Shown piece by piece: positions 8,923 to 20,113 of a DNA stretch of 64,000 nucleotides. The notes under the pieces are model-generated. The model saw nothing but the letters and a program-made list of their open reading frames with translations, was not told the DNA's origin and did no database searches. The stretch is from an uncultured Candidatus Rokubacteria bacterium. GTDB taxonomy: Bacteria; Methylomirabilota; Methylomirabilia; Rokubacteriales; CSP1-6. How positions within the stretch are numbered: the first letter of the stretch is position 1; each line of letters begins with the position of its first letter. The stretch spans positions 192,001 to 256,000 of the forward strand of contig CAVWFS010000001.1 of the NCBI GenBank assembly GCA_963754315.1. The letters run 5' to 3'. The translations under genes were made by a program, and so were the position numbers.

Positions 8923-9447
8923 ATGGAGATCGCGGAGCTCCGGGCAAAGATCCGGGACATCAAGGATTTCCCCACCGAGGGGATCCTCTTCAAGGACATC
9001 ACCACCCTCCTGAAGGACGGGCCGGCCTTCCGATTCGTGGTTGACCATCTGGCCGGCACTTACGTGAACCAGCGTGTGGACGTGGTGGTAGGAATCGAGT
9101 CGCGTGGCTTCATCTTCGGGGGGGCCTTGGCGCACCAGCTCAACTGCGGCTTCGTGCCTGTCCGCAAGCTCGGCAAGCTTCCCGGAAAGACGGTCGAGGT
9201 GGAGTACGAGCTCGAGTACGGGCGTGACGCGCTCGCAATCCACGAGGACGCCATCGCGGCCGGGCAACGCGTTCTCGCCGTAGACGACCTCCTGGCTACC
9301 GGCGGAACCATGGCGGCAACCTTGCGCCTTGTCGAGCTGCTCGGCGGCGTGGTCGTCGGCGTGGCCTTCCTCATTGAGCTCGGCTTCCTTCACGGCCGTG
9401 AGAAGCTCAAGAAATACCCACTACACTCGCTGATCGTCTACGACTGA
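8923..9447 (+). CDS. apt: Adenine phosphoribosyltransferase
   Basis: IRDIKDFP.EGILFKDITTLL, GIESRGF, RKLGKLPG, YELEYG, VDDLLATGGT. Confidence 0.97.
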   Translation: MEIAELRAKIRDIKDFPTEGILFKDITTLLKDGPAFRFVVDHLAGTYVNQRVDVVVGIESRGFIFGGALAHQLNCGFVPVRKLGKLPGKTVEVEYELEYGRDALAIHEDAIAAGQRVLAVDDLLATGGTMAATLRLVELLGGVVVGVAFLIELGFLHGREKLKKYPLHSLIVYD

Positions 9448-9455
9448 GGAGCCCC

Positions 9456-10646
9456 ATGCCTAGCAACGATCTCGTCATTTTGCGCGGCGCGCGCACCGCA
9501 TTCGGAAGCTTTGGCGGGAGCCTCAAGGATGTCTCCGCCGCGGAGCTCGGTGTGGTGGCCGCCAATGCCGCCATGGCTCGCTCCCGCGTGCCTGCGGATG
9601 AGGTCGACCACGTGATCTTCGGAAACGTGATCCAGACCTCCGGGTCCGATGTCTATCTGGCCCGGCATATCGGTCTGACGGCCGGCTGCCCTCAGGGCGT
9701 TCCTGCCCTCACGCTCAATCGTGCCTGTGGCTCCGGGCTGCAGGCGATCGTGTCGGCAGCGCAGCTCGTGAGACTCGGGGAAGCCGAGGTCGTGCTGGCG
9801 GGGGGCACCGAGAGCATGTCGGGACAGCCCCACATCGTCCGCGGCGCACGTTGGGGACTCAAGTTCCGGGCCGGCAGCCTGGAGGACAACCTCTGGCTGG
9901 CGCTGGTCGATGGGTACAACAAGTTACCGATGGCAGGTACGGCGGAGAATCTTGCCCGGCGGTACGGGATCAGTCGCAAGGAGCAGGACGACTTCGCCTA
10001 CCGAAGCCATCTGGCGGCCGCGGCCGCCCAAACGGCGGGTCACTTCGCCGAAGAGATTGTCCCCGTCACCGTCAAGGTCCGCGGCAAGGCGGAGGAGGTC
10101 GTCCGCGACGAGCACATCAAGGCCGATACAACCGTCGAGAAGCTGAACAGCCTCCCCCCGGCATTCGCCGAGGGCGGGACCATCACGGCGGGCAATGCCA
10201 GCGGCATCAACGACGGCGCCGCCGCCGTCGTGGTGACCACTCTGGAGCGAGCGGAGAAGATGGCAGTAACCCCGCTCGGTCGGATCGTGTCCTGGGGCGT
10301 GGTGGGAGTCGACCCCGATGTCATGGGCATTGGCCCGGTGCCAGCATCCCGTCAGGCGCTAGCTCGGGCGAGTCTGGAAGTGGGCGACATGGACCTCGTG
10401 GAAATCAACGAGGCTTTCGCCGCCCAGTATCTCGCGGTGGAGCGCGAGCTGGGTCTTTCCCGCGAGAAGACGAATGTCAATGGGGGTGCTATCGCCCTCG
10501 GGCATCCCGTGGGTGCATCGGGCGCCCGTCTAGCCCTCACCCTACTCCACGAGCTCGAGCGGCGGGGCGGGCGCTACGGCTTGGCCGCCCTCTGTATCGG
10601 GGGTGGACAGGGTATTGCCATGGTCGTAGAAAGGGTGCGATACTAG
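9456..10646 (+). CDS. Acetyl-CoA C-acyltransferase (thiolase)
   Basis: [50 protein letters not shown]. Confidence 0.96.
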   Translation: MPSNDLVILRGARTAFGSFGGSLKDVSAAELGVVAANAAMARSRVPADEVDHVIFGNVIQTSGSDVYLARHIGLTAGCPQGVPALTLNRACGSGLQAIVSAAQLVRLGEAEVVLAGGTESMSGQPHIVRGARWGLKFRAGSLEDNLWLALVDGYNKLPMAGTAENLARRYGISRKEQDDFAYRSHLAAAAAQTAGHFAEEIVPVTVKVRGKAEEVVRDEHIKADTTVEKLNSLPPAFAEGGTITAGNASGINDGAAAVVVTTLERAEKMAVTPLGRIVSWGVVGVDPDVMGIGPVPASRQALARASLEVGDMDLVEINEAFAAQYLAVERELGLSREKTNVNGGAIALGHPVGASGARLALTLLHELERRGGRYGLAALCIGGGQGIAMVVERVRY

Positions 10647-10651
10647 GCGCC

Positions 10652-10993
10652 ATGAAGCGAACGATCAGCACGCTCGTGGGAGTCGTGGTGCTCGGTGGCC
10701 TGGCAGGCCTCGCTCAGGCCCAGGACGAGAAGGCGCCGATGAGCGCCTCAATGTTGATTAACAACGTGCTCAAGCAGCCCATCGACCTCCAGGAGCGGCA
10801 GCTCGCCTTCGACGAGTCCCTCCGCAGGGACGGGCCGCCTCCGAGGCGCTCACCGTTCGCCGGCGAGGTCCAGCCCGACGGGAGCGTTCGATATGGCGAC
10901 GTCGTGGTGAGTCAAATCAAGAATCCGTGCCCGCCCGGTGAACACGTCGAGCTGACTCCGCCTCCGCTTCCCGGCCGACGCGCTAGCCGATAA
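10652..10993 (+). CDS. Small secreted hypothetical protein
   Basis: MKRTISTLVGVVVLGGLAGLAQAQ signal peptide; starts 5 nt after the thiolase stop. Confidence 0.7.
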   Translation: MKRTISTLVGVVVLGGLAGLAQAQDEKAPMSASMLINNVLKQPIDLQERQLAFDESLRRDGPPPRRSPFAGEVQPDGSVRYGDVVVSQIKNPCPPGEHVELTPPPLPGRRASR

Positions 10994-11009
10994 ACACGAG
11001 CTTTCGACC

Positions 11010-11047
11010 AAGCCGGTCGCCCGCCAGGCGGCCGGCTTCGTCATTTT
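11010..11047 (+). terminator. Putative intrinsic terminator hairpin
   Basis: AAGCCGGTCGCC-CGCCA-GGCGGCCGGCTT stem-loop followed by CGTCATTTT. Confidence 0.5.
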
Positions 11048-11057
11048 AGGAGATCGG

Positions 11058-11909
11058 GTGGCCATCCGGACCGTCGGGGTAATCGGCTGCGGGCTCATGG
11101 GCTCGGGAATTGTCCAGGTCTCCGCCCAGGCCGGCTTCGATGTAACGGTGGTCGAGGCCAGCGACGAGCTTCTAGAGCGGGGTCTCGGCCGTCTACGCCA
11201 AACGCTCGGAGGACTGGTCGAGAGAGGGAAGATCGACGCCGCAAGCAAGGACGCGACCTTGGCGCGGATCAAAGGGACGACGCGCCTGGAGGACCTCGGC
11301 TCGTGTGATCTCGTGGTCGAGGCGATGACCGAGAACCAGACGCTGAAGAACGAGACCTTTGCCAAGCTCGGTCGCATCTGCCCCGTTCACACCCTGCTCG
11401 CCTCCAACACCTCGTCCTGCAACGTCACAGCCATGGCAGCTGCCACCAAGCGGCCCGGTCAGGTGCTAGGGCTGCACTTCTTCAATCCGGTCCCGCTCAT
11501 GAAGCTGGTGGAGGTCGTCCGCACAATCCTGACCGACGACGCTGCCGTGAAGGCGGCCAGCGACTGGGTGCGGGCACTCGGTAAGACCCCGGTGCAGACG
11601 AAGGACGCCACGGCCTTCATCGTGAATCGTCTGCTCGTCCCCTACCTGCTCGATGCGATCCGCCTCTATGAGAACGGGCTGTCCTCGCTGGAAGACATCG
11701 ACCAGGCGATGAAGCTCGGATGCGGCTATCCCATGGGCCCGTTCACGTTGCTCGATCTCGTCGGTCTGGATACGACCTTGTATGTGGCGGAGGTCATGTT
11801 CGAGGAGTTCCGGGAGTCGCGCTACGCGCCACCCCCTCTCCTCAAGCGCATGGTGCTGGCTGGCCACCTCGGGCGCAAGAGCGGGAAGGGTTTCTACACG
11901 TACAATTGA
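11058..11909 (+). CDS. 3-hydroxybutyryl-CoA (3-hydroxyacyl-CoA) dehydrogenase
   Basis: GVIGCGLMGSGI, ASNTSS, GLHFFNPVPLMKLVEV, GYPMGPF.L.DLVGLD, GRKSGKGFY. Confidence 0.95.
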   Translation: MAIRTVGVIGCGLMGSGIVQVSAQAGFDVTVVEASDELLERGLGRLRQTLGGLVERGKIDAASKDATLARIKGTTRLEDLGSCDLVVEAMTENQTLKNETFAKLGRICPVHTLLASNTSSCNVTAMAAATKRPGQVLGLHFFNPVPLMKLVEVVRTILTDDAAVKAASDWVRALGKTPVQTKDATAFIVNRLLVPYLLDAIRLYENGLSSLEDIDQAMKLGCGYPMGPFTLLDLVGLDTTLYVAEVMFEEFRESRYAPPPLLKRMVLAGHLGRKSGKGFYTYN

Positions 11910-11928
11910 CTCGTTCCTCCGGCAGTGG

Positions 11929-11946
11929 TAGTTGTCTAGACAACTA
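11929..11946. promoter_or_regulatory. GntR/HutC-type operator palindrome overlapping the predicted promoter
   Basis: Perfect 18-bp palindrome TAGTTGTCTAGACAACTA ending 21 nt before the GntR start; TTGACT at 11906-11911 lies 17 bp upstream. Confidence 0.8.
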
Positions 11947-11967
11947 TGACGCTGGGAGGCACTGCGG

Positions 11968-12756
11968 GTGAACTACCGTTCGGGCACGCCCCGATACCTT
12001 CAAATCGCCGACGTCCTCCGCCGCGACCTCCGTGGCGAGGGGGAGCGCATCGCGTCGGAACACGCGCTGTGCACGCGCTTCAACGTCAGCCGGCCGACCA
12101 TTCGCCAGGCCCTCGACGTGTTGATGCAGGAGGGTCGCCTCTATCGGCACGCGGGGCGGGGAACCTTCGCCACCCCTACCACCGGTAACGACCGCAAGCT
12201 GCGGGTCATCGGCTCTGTCGCCGACATGATCGCGCAGGGCGAGGAGACCTGGTTCAAGGCGGTGAGCCGCGAGATCGTGCGTGTCTCGCCCGATATCGCC
12301 CATGCTCTGCGGCTGGCGCCGGGCTCGGTGGCCTACCGCGTGGTTGGTGTGCGGCACGGGGACGACGGGCCGTTCCAGCACCTGACCGCGTGGGTACCGG
12401 GAGACCTCGGGGCCGCCCTGTCAGAGGAGGACTTCTCGAAATCCTCGGTGCTGGCGACCATCGAACGCCAGCTCGGGCGGCCGATCAAGTTTCTCGAGCA
12501 GGTTGCCGATGCGGTGTTGGCCCCGCGCCAGGTCGCGGAGCTTCTGCAGGTGCGGGCGCGCACGCCGCTGCTCCACTTCGCGCGCACGTACTTCTCGGCG
12601 AGCGGGGACCCGGTGGAGCACGCCATTACCTACCAGCTAGGCCGGCGTTACCCGTACCGCATCATCCTCTCGCGTTCCGAGCGGCCGGTTGTCATGATCG
12701 GGACATCGGGAGCCTCGAAAGGCCCCCCCCAGCGCCCCGAGCGGCGTGGCTCGTAG
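11968..12756 (+). CDS. GntR family (HutC/UTRA) transcriptional regulator
   Basis: YLQIAD.LR, SE..L...FNVSRPTIRQAL, GRGTF; C-terminal UTRA-like domain. Confidence 0.93.
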   Translation: MNYRSGTPRYLQIADVLRRDLRGEGERIASEHALCTRFNVSRPTIRQALDVLMQEGRLYRHAGRGTFATPTTGNDRKLRVIGSVADMIAQGEETWFKAVSREIVRVSPDIAHALRLAPGSVAYRVVGVRHGDDGPFQHLTAWVPGDLGAALSEEDFSKSSVLATIERQLGRPIKFLEQVADAVLAPRQVAELLQVRARTPLLHFARTYFSASGDPVEHAITYQLGRRYPYRIILSRSERPVVMIGTSGASKGPPQRPERRGS

Positions 12757-12762
12757 ATCGCG
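12708..12762 (+). repeat. Degenerate partial copy of the palindromic repeat inside the 3' end of the GntR gene
   Basis: GGGAGCCTCGAAAGGCCCCCCCCAGCGCCCCG matches the GGGGGCCTCGAAAGGGCCCCCC hairpin of the array. Confidence 0.65.
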
Positions 12763-12773
12763 GGAGGTTGGTC

Positions 12774-13316
12774 ATGGAGCTTCGTAGGATCGGGTTCTCG
12801 TGCGAAGAGCTGATGGCCGACATTGGCGGACGACTGGCTCGCCCCGTCAGGCGTGCCGCCGGGCTTGCCGTCATCGCGAATCCTTATGCCGGGCGGCTGG
12901 TGGAGGACCTCTCGCCCCTGTTCGAGGTCGGCTTCGAGCTCGGTGCATTGCTCATGAAGCGCGTAGTCGACCTGCTGGGGGCCGAGCCCGCGAGCTATGG
13001 CAAGGCGGCAGTCGTGGGGACACTCGGCGAGGTGGAGCACGGGGCTGCCCTGATCCATCCAAAGCTGGGCAAGTCCATGCGTGAGGCAGTGGGCGGCGGA
13101 CAAGCCATCATTCCGTCGAACGCCAAAGTGGCGGCGCCGGGCTCTCTCATCGACGTCCCGCTCGGGCACAAGGACAACGTGTGGTCGTTCGACCACTTCG
13201 ACACCATGAGCGTATGCGTCCCGGACGCCCCTCGACCCGATGAGATCCTCGTGATCATGGCTGTGGCCGATGCGGGTCGCCCGCGCCCGCGGGTAGGCCA
13301 AGGCCGCATTCAGTGA
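12774..13316 (+). CDS. Amino acid synthesis family protein (DUF1185)
   Basis: AVIANPYAGR.VEDLS.L, SYGKAAVVG..GEVEHGAA.IHP, IDVPLGHK...HFD, DAPRPDEI; RBS GGAGG. Confidence 0.88.
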   Translation: MELRRIGFSCEELMADIGGRLARPVRRAAGLAVIANPYAGRLVEDLSPLFEVGFELGALLMKRVVDLLGAEPASYGKAAVVGTLGEVEHGAALIHPKLGKSMREAVGGGQAIIPSNAKVAAPGSLIDVPLGHKDNVWSFDHFDTMSVCVPDAPRPDEILVIMAVADAGRPRPRVGQGRIQ

Positions 13317-13317
13317 G

Positions 13318-15613
13318 GTGGAACCCTCGCGGCACACCGGCTCGCGTGAGAACTTTGCAGTCATCGGAAAGTCCACGGCGAAGCGCGACGGCCCCGAGAA
13401 AGTCACCGGGCGCACGCGCTACCTGCACGACCTCGAGCTACCCCGCCTGGCCCACGCCAAGATTCTGAGAGCGCGCCATCCGCACGCTCGCATCGTCCGC
13501 ATCGAGACCGCTCGCGCCCGCCGGACCGAGGGTGTCCTGGCCGTTCTGACCGGTTCCGACGTCGACCAGCACCCGTTCGGCTTCGCCCGCGACCAGCTGG
13601 CCCTGAAGCGGGACAAGACCCTGTGCATCCGGGACGAGGTGGCGGCGGTGGTGGCCGAGTGTCCGGAGCAAGCCGAGGAGGCCCTCGCGCTCATCGACGT
13701 GGAGTACGAGGAGCTTCCCTCCAACTTCGACCCCAGACGCGCGCTCGAGTCCGATACACCGCTGGTGCACAGCGCCCTCGGGACGAACCAGACGCATCTG
13801 CGCTACCAATTTGCCCACGGCGACGTGGAGGGGGCCTTGGCGGCGGCGGCGGCCCTGGTCGAGGACGAGTACACGTTGACTTTCGTGGCAACCGCCTGTC
13901 TCGGCACCATGGTGAGCATCGCCGACTGGGACGCAGACGAGCGGCTCACCATGTACAGCACGACCCAGGTCCCCTTCCTGTACCAGCGTGATCTGGCAGC
14001 CGCCCTCGGTGTCGACGGCGGTCGCGTTCGTGTGGTGCAGCCCCCGGTGGGCGGCAACTTCGGCCGCGGTCTCGATCTCTATCCGATCGACGTCATCGCC
14101 GCCCTCTGCGCGCGTCGGGTGCGGCGTCCCGTGAAGATCGAGTTCTCTCGCGTCGAAGAATTCGTGGCTGCCCCCGGCCGTGAGCCCTGCGTGATCCGGT
14201 TGCGCACGGCGGCTGCCGCCGACGGACGGTTGCTCGCCCGCGACGCCCATGTGATCATCGACAGCGGCGCCTACGTGTCGTGGGGGTCCACCACTCCCTA
14301 CGTCATGCTGTCCACGGTGGCCGGTCTCTACCGGTGTCCGAACGTGCGCTTCGACACCACCATCGTGTATACGAACAATCCCTACTCGGGCTCCATGCGC
14401 GGGTACGGCAATCTCGAATCGACGTTTGCCGTCGAGTCCCAGATGGACGAGCTCGCCGACCGTCTTGGTCTCGACCGCCTGGAGATCCGTCGCCGCAACG
14501 TGTCGCGTCCCGGCGATGTCCATCCCCAGGGATTCGTCGTGACCTCCTGTGGGTTCGACGAATGCCTGGAGGCGGCCGCCGAGGATATCACGAGGAACCC
14601 CCCTCCGCTCCGGGAGGGCTGGCGACGAGGAGTGGGGTTTGCCGGGATGTTCCACGTCGGGGGCGGAGCGCGGATCTATCGTTCCGACGGCTGCGGCGCC
14701 ATCGTGAAGCTGGACGACTTCGGGACGGTGACGTTGATCACGGGCGCCACCGAGGTCGGCCAGGGGTCGGAGACGGTGCTCGCCATGATCGTGGCCGAGA
14801 CCTTGGGGATTCCGCTGGCCCGGGTGCACGTTGTAAACTCCGACACCGCCCTCAAGCCGTGGGATGTGGGGACGCACGCCAGTCGCACCACGTTCATCGC
14901 CGGCAATGCGGCGCGCCTGGCCGCCGAGGACCTCAGGCGTCAGCTGCTCGAGATGGCGGCCGTCGCCTTCGACGAGCCGGCGACGCGGCTCGACGTGCAG
15001 CAACGGCTGGATCTTCGTGACGGGTGACCCGCAACGCCGCCAGCCATACGATCGGGTCGCCCGGGCTGGGCACTATCGAGGGGGAGGACGCGTGCTGGTG
15101 GCCGAGGCCTTCTACGATCCCCCGTCCACCATGCTCGACAAGGACCTTCGGGGAAATGTCTCGGCCGCCTACGGCTTTGCCGCCCAGGCAGTCTTGCTCG
15201 ACGTGCAGGAGACGACGGGCCGGGTCGAGGTGCAGCGCATCGCGTCGGCCCACGACGTCGGCCGGGCCCTGAACCCCATGGCCGCTGAAGGGCAAATTCA
15301 CGGCGGCATCCACATGGGGCTGGGCTATGCCCTCGCTGAGAGGCTGGTGGTGGAAGGCGGCCACGTGCTGAGCGCGACCTTCATGGACTACGCGCTGCTG
15401 AAGGCTGCCGACATGCCAGAGATCGTGGTGCGGCTGATCGAGACCCTCGATGCCGAGGGGCCCTACGGGGCCAAGGGCCTCGGCGAGTCAGGGGCCATCC
15501 CCGTGGCTGCCGCGGTCGCCAATGCCATCCACGATGCCACGGGAATCCGATTCACCGAGCTGCCCGTCACGCCCGAGCGCATCCATGCGGCGCTCGCGCA
15601 GAGACCCCGCTGA
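13318..15613 (+). CDS. Xanthine dehydrogenase-family molybdopterin-binding large subunit; frameshift near 14998
   Basis: KVTG..RY..D, VGGNFG, SMRGYG, EVGQGSET (ORF 13318-15027), continuing in ORF 14864-15613 with HDVGRALNP..AEGQIHGG..MGLG and GPYGAKGLGE. Confidence 0.9.
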
Positions 15614-15617
15614 GCAC

Positions 15618-16724
15618 ATGAGAGTGGCGGTGCTCGGAGGAAGCCACGGAGCCTATGCGGCGGCGGCAGATCTGAGTCTGGCTGGCCACCAGGTCTGCCT
15701 GTGGCGCCGCCGTGACGCGGATCTGGCGCCGATTCGTGCCGCCGGCGGCATCGCGCTCGTGGCTGATGGACGAAAGGGGCTCGGCCGCCTCGATCGACTC
15801 ACGGCGGATCTGCCCGAGGCGCTTGCCGAGGCCGAGGTTGTCATCGTGCCGCTTCCCGCGACGGCGCACGGGGACATCGCCGGGCGGCTCGCCAAAGAAC
15901 TGAGCCCGCAGCAGATCGTCCTGCTCACCCCCGGCACCTTTGGATCCTATGTCATGGCCCGCGAGGTCGAACGCGCCGGAGGTCGCCAGCCCTTTGCCTT
16001 CGCCGAGACCGGAACCTTGCCCTACCTCACCCGCAAGACCGGTCCGGCGGAGGTGACAGCGCCGGTTCGCGCGGTGAATCTTCCGACCGGAGTTTTTCCG
16101 GCCTCGCGCTCGGCAGAGGTCCTGGCGCGTGTGGGTGAGCTGTTCCCGTCGGTGCGCCCGTGTCGGGACGCCCTCGATGCCGCTCTCACCAACGCGGGCA
16201 TCATTCTTCATCCGCCGCTCGTGCTCCTCAACGCGGGTGCCATCGACGGTGGGCGCTTCGACATCCATGCTTCCGGGATGACGCCCAGCGTGCGACGCCT
16301 CATCGACGTCGCTGACCGAGAGCGGTTAGAAATCCGCCAGCGTCTCGGCTACCCGGCGCCGCACTACGAGCAAGCGACCTACTACGACGAAGCGCGCGCG
16401 GCGGAGGGGCTGTACGGGGTGGGGGCCAAGGCTAAGCTCGTGGCCAGCGGCCTCTGGAGCGAGATGGTCAGCTTCGAGCACCGCTATGTCAGCGAGGATG
16501 TGGCTCTGGGCCTCCCGCTGTTCGAATCGGCCGGCCGACTGGCCAACGTGGAGACGTCGGCCGTGAGCGGGCTCGTCTCGGTGTTCGAGGCGCTGCTCGG
16601 TCGCGACCTGCGTCGCCAGGGCCGTGGTCTTGACTGTCTGGGCCTGGGCGAGCTCACGCTCCGGGAAATCCGTTCCGTCCTCCACGAGGGATGGTTCTCC
16701 CCCATGTGGCGACGAGTTCGCTAG
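15618..16724 (+). CDS. NAD/NADP-dependent octopine/nopaline (opine) dehydrogenase family protein
   Basis: VAVLGGSHGAYAAAADL, AETGTLPYLTRK, ALTNAG..LHPPL, HRYVSEDV. Confidence 0.88.
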   Translation: MRVAVLGGSHGAYAAAADLSLAGHQVCLWRRRDADLAPIRAAGGIALVADGRKGLGRLDRLTADLPEALAEAEVVIVPLPATAHGDIAGRLAKELSPQQIVLLTPGTFGSYVMAREVERAGGRQPFAFAETGTLPYLTRKTGPAEVTAPVRAVNLPTGVFPASRSAEVLARVGELFPSVRPCRDALDAALTNAGIILHPPLVLLNAGAIDGGRFDIHASGMTPSVRRLIDVADRERLEIRQRLGYPAPHYEQATYYDEARAAEGLYGVGAKAKLVASGLWSEMVSFEHRYVSEDVALGLPLFESAGRLANVETSAVSGLVSVFEALLGRDLRRQGRGLDCLGLGELTLREIRSVLHEGWFSPMWRRVR

Positions 16725-16748
16725 GAGAACACGACGGGTAGGACCGTG

Positions 16749-18021
16749 ATGTGGCGGCCGGACCGCGAGGCGCTGCCGCGCGAGGACCTCGAACGCCTTC
16801 AGCTGCACGGCATGCGCGCGACCTTGGCGCGCGTGCTGAGTCATGCAGCCTACGCGCGACGCTTCGGCGACGTCCGCCCTCCGGACATGGTTCGCCCTGC
16901 TGAATGGTCCCGCCTGCCGTTCCTCACCAAGGAAGAGCTGCGCGATGCGTACCCATTCGGCCTGGCCTGCGGCGGCACCGAGGGCTACCGACGCGTTCAC
17001 ATGTCGAGCGGGACCAGTGGCCACCCGATTCTCAATCCCTACACCGCGGCCGACGTGGAGCAGTGGGGCGAAATCATGGCGCGCTGCTACGTGGCGGCCG
17101 GGGTGACGGCCTCCGACATCATCCAGATCACTCCCTCCTTCGGACTCTTCACGGGAGGGTTCGGATTCCACTACGGCGCCGAGAAGCTGGGGGCGATGGT
17201 CATTCCGACCGGCGCCGGTCGTACGAGCCTGCAGCTGCGCCTCCTGCGCGACTTGAAGGCGACGGTCGTGACGGCCATCGCGACCTATCCGCTGCGGCTC
17301 ATCGAGGTGGCCCGCGAGGAAGGGTTCGACCTCGGGCGCCTCTCCCTCCGGGTGGGTATCCTGGGGTCTGAGATGTGGTCGGACGAGCTGCGCGCGACGA
17401 ATCGAGCGTGGGCTCGGCATCCGGGCCTTCGACATCATCGGCATGACCGAGACCGGAGGCCCCGGCCTGGGGATCGACTGCGAGGCGCGGGCCGGCATTC
17501 ACGTGTGGGAGGATCATTACTTTGTGGAGATCGTGGACCCGGTCACCGGGCATGCGCTTGCTGACGGGACCGAGGGTGAGCTCGTCGTGTCGACACTCAC
17601 CCGGGAAGGGCTTCCCCTGGTCCGCTACCGAACCCGCGATCTGAGCCGCGTCATCTCCCGTGAACCGTGTGCCTGCGGCCGGACGTCGCTTCGCCTGGAC
17701 CGTCTACGCGGGCGTACGGACGACATGGTCATCTGCCGGGGCGTGAACTTCTATCCGCAGCAGATCGAGATGCTGCTCCTGCGTGAGCCCGGCGTGAGCC
17801 ACGAGTATCAGATCGTGCTCGAGTCGGACGGGGGTGGCGAGCGCATGGCCCTTCATGTCGAGACGGAACCCGGGAGCGATCGCGAGCTCGCCTCGCGCAT
17901 CGGCCGCGCTGTCCAGGATCTGCTCGCATTGCGTCCCGACGTTCGCCTCTGCCGGCCCGGCGAGCTGGAGCGACCCCAGGGTAAGTCCGTGCGCGTGATC
18001 GATCGCCGGTCGGCCCGGTGA
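16749..18021 (+). CDS. Phenylacetate-CoA ligase (PaaK-like) family; frameshift near 17397
   Basis: LPFLTKEELRDAYPFG, HMSSGTSGHP, GLFTGGFGFHYGAE; second frame GMTETGGPG, HVWEDHY, LVRYRTRD, GRTDDM. Confidence 0.88.
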
Positions 18022-20078
18022 GCCCGCCCGCTCTGGACGCGCTGTTCGCTCCACGCTCGCTCGTCGTGCTCGGCGTCTCCCGGGATCCTGCCAAGCTGGG
18101 TTCCAAGCTCCTCCAGAACGTCAAAGCCCGTGGCTTCGAGGGGCCTGTTCACGTGGTCCATCCCGGAGGTGGGCCCATCCTCGATTGCCCGACGGTCGAT
18201 CGGATCGAGCGATTGCCGAGAGACATCGATCTCGCTCTCGTCAGCCTGCCAGCGGTGGGGGTGCCCCTTGCCCTTGCCCAGCTTGGGGAACGCGGCGTGC
18301 GGGTGGCCGTCATTCTCTCCTCCGGGTTTGGCGAAGTCGACGCGGAAGGTCGTGGGGTGGAAGCGACTCTCCTCGCGGACGCGCGACGGAGCGGCCTACG
18401 CCTGGTCGGTCCCAACTGCATGGGCGTGTACTCAGCGCCCGCCCGCCTCAACGGCACCTATTTTTGGGACCTGCCACAGGTTCCTGGCGGTATCAGCGTG
18501 GTGTCGCAAAGTGGCGCCTACGGCGGGCTGATCTTCCGTCGCTTGAGTGAACGCGGCCTCGGTGTGTCGCGCTTCCTTTCGATCGGAAACCAGGCCGACG
18601 TCGACATCGCCGAGGTGATCGCTTACCTCGTCCGCGATCAGGACACGCGGCTCATCGCGTGCTTCGTCGAGGCGCTGCGCAACGGGCGGCGCTTCGTCGA
18701 GGTGGCGTCCGAGGCCACGAGGGAAAAGCCGATCGTCCTCCTCAAGGGCGGACGCTCGGAGGCCGGCCGTCGCGCGGCCGGCTCTCACACGGGATCCTTG
18801 GCCGGTAGCTACGATCTCTACCAGGCAGCCTGTGATCGGGCTGGTGTGGTGCTGGCTGAGGAGACCGAGGAGTTCTTCGACGCCATCGAAGCGCTGGCGA
18901 CTTCCCGCGAGGTGCGACCGTCAGCGGCCAGCGTGGCGGTGATCACCGTCTCCGGCGGTCCATCGGTGGTGGCTGCCGACGCGGCGGAGCGGGCGGGCCT
19001 GCGCGTTCCGCCCCTCTCTGGGGTAGCGAGGGCCGCGCTCCGGGGATTGCTGCCGCCGTTCGCGGCGGTCGGGAATCCGGTCGACCTCACTCCCCAGGTC
19101 GACCCGCGCAACATCGCGCCTGCGATTCGGCTCGTGATGCAGCAAGAGGAGGTGTCCGGCGCTATCGCGGTCAACGTGGGTCTCGACTTCCCCGAGTTTG
19201 CCGAGGGAGTGCTCGGTGCGATGCGTGAGGCAGGCAAACCCGTGGTAGCGTTCGTCGCCGACACTCCGGGCCTGAGTGCCCGCTTCAAGTCAGCGGGGGT
19301 GACGACCTTACCCAGCCCAGAGCGGGCCGTCCGTGCCTGGCGTGCGCTGTGGGCGGCGCGGCCTCGCCCGCCGAGCGTGGCGCGGCGGCCGCCCCGCGCG
19401 CTGCCACCCGACGTGCGAGCAGCGCTCGTCACTGCCGAGGGCGCATTGCCCGGGTCTCTCGCCCGGCGTGCCCTGGAGGCCTACGGCGTTCGCTTCTGTC
19501 GCGAGCAGACGGTGACCACGACTGAGCAAGCGGTGCAGGCGGCGGACCAGATCGGCTACCCGGTGGTGGTCAAGGCGGGCCGAGCCGGCCTCCTTCACAA
19601 GACCGAAGTGGGAGGCGTGCGCATGGATCTTGAGAACGCGGCTGCCGTGCGCCGGGCTTGCAAGGAGCTGCGAGCACGCGTGGGCGCCCAGCATTTCGTG
19701 GTCCAGGCTCGGGTAGGACCCGGAGTCGAGCTGCTGATCGGCGCCCGGCGCGACGAGTCGTTCGGCGCCGTGATAGCGGCGGGGGTCGGCGGCATCCTCA
19801 CCGAGGTGATGCGCGAGGTTGCGTTCCGGCTGGCGCCGCTCGGCCGTGACGAAGCCCGCGCCATGTTGCACGAGGGGGCGCGGGGGCGTCTGCTGACCGG
19901 CCCCCGTGGGTTGCCAAGGTGCGACGACGACCCTCTCATCGACGCTCTCCTAGGCGTGGGGGATCTCATGCTGGCCGAACCCCGTATCCTCGAGATCGAT
20001 CTCAATCCAGTGATCGCCGCTGGCCGCCAGGCGGTGGCGGTGGATGTGCTCTTGATCGCCGGGCCCACGGGCGGGTAA
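18018..20078 (+). CDS. Acetate/acyl-CoA ligase (ADP-forming) family, fused alpha-beta
   Basis: [31 protein letters not shown] phospho-His, GNPVDL, C-terminal ATP-grasp ([15 protein letters not shown]). Confidence 0.92.
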   Translation: MSPPALDALFAPRSLVVLGVSRDPAKLGSKLLQNVKARGFEGPVHVVHPGGGPILDCPTVDRIERLPRDIDLALVSLPAVGVPLALAQLGERGVRVAVILSSGFGEVDAEGRGVEATLLADARRSGLRLVGPNCMGVYSAPARLNGTYFWDLPQVPGGISVVSQSGAYGGLIFRRLSERGLGVSRFLSIGNQADVDIAEVIAYLVRDQDTRLIACFVEALRNGRRFVEVASEATREKPIVLLKGGRSEAGRRAAGSHTGSLAGSYDLYQAACDRAGVVLAEETEEFFDAIEALATSREVRPSAASVAVITVSGGPSVVAADAAERAGLRVPPLSGVARAALRGLLPPFAAVGNPVDLTPQVDPRNIAPAIRLVMQQEEVSGAIAVNVGLDFPEFAEGVLGAMREAGKPVVAFVADTPGLSARFKSAGVTTLPSPERAVRAWRALWAARPRPPSVARRPPRALPPDVRAALVTAEGALPGSLARRALEAYGVRFCREQTVTTTEQAVQAADQIGYPVVVKAGRAGLLHKTEVGGVRMDLENAAAVRRACKELRARVGAQHFVVQARVGPGVELLIGARRDESFGAVIAAGVGGILTEVMREVAFRLAPLGRDEARAMLHEGARGRLLTGPRGLPRCDDDPLIDALLGVGDLMLAEPRILEIDLNPVIAAGRQAVAVDVLLIAGPTGG

Positions 20079-20113
20079 GGTCGCGGCAGGCGGGCGGAGG
20101 AGAGGAGGGAGCC

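Noticed and set aside
13318..15613. Aerobic CO dehydrogenase large subunit (form I CoxL)
   Set aside because: Active-site loop is SMRGYG, not AYxCSFR, and there is no adjacent coxM/coxS.
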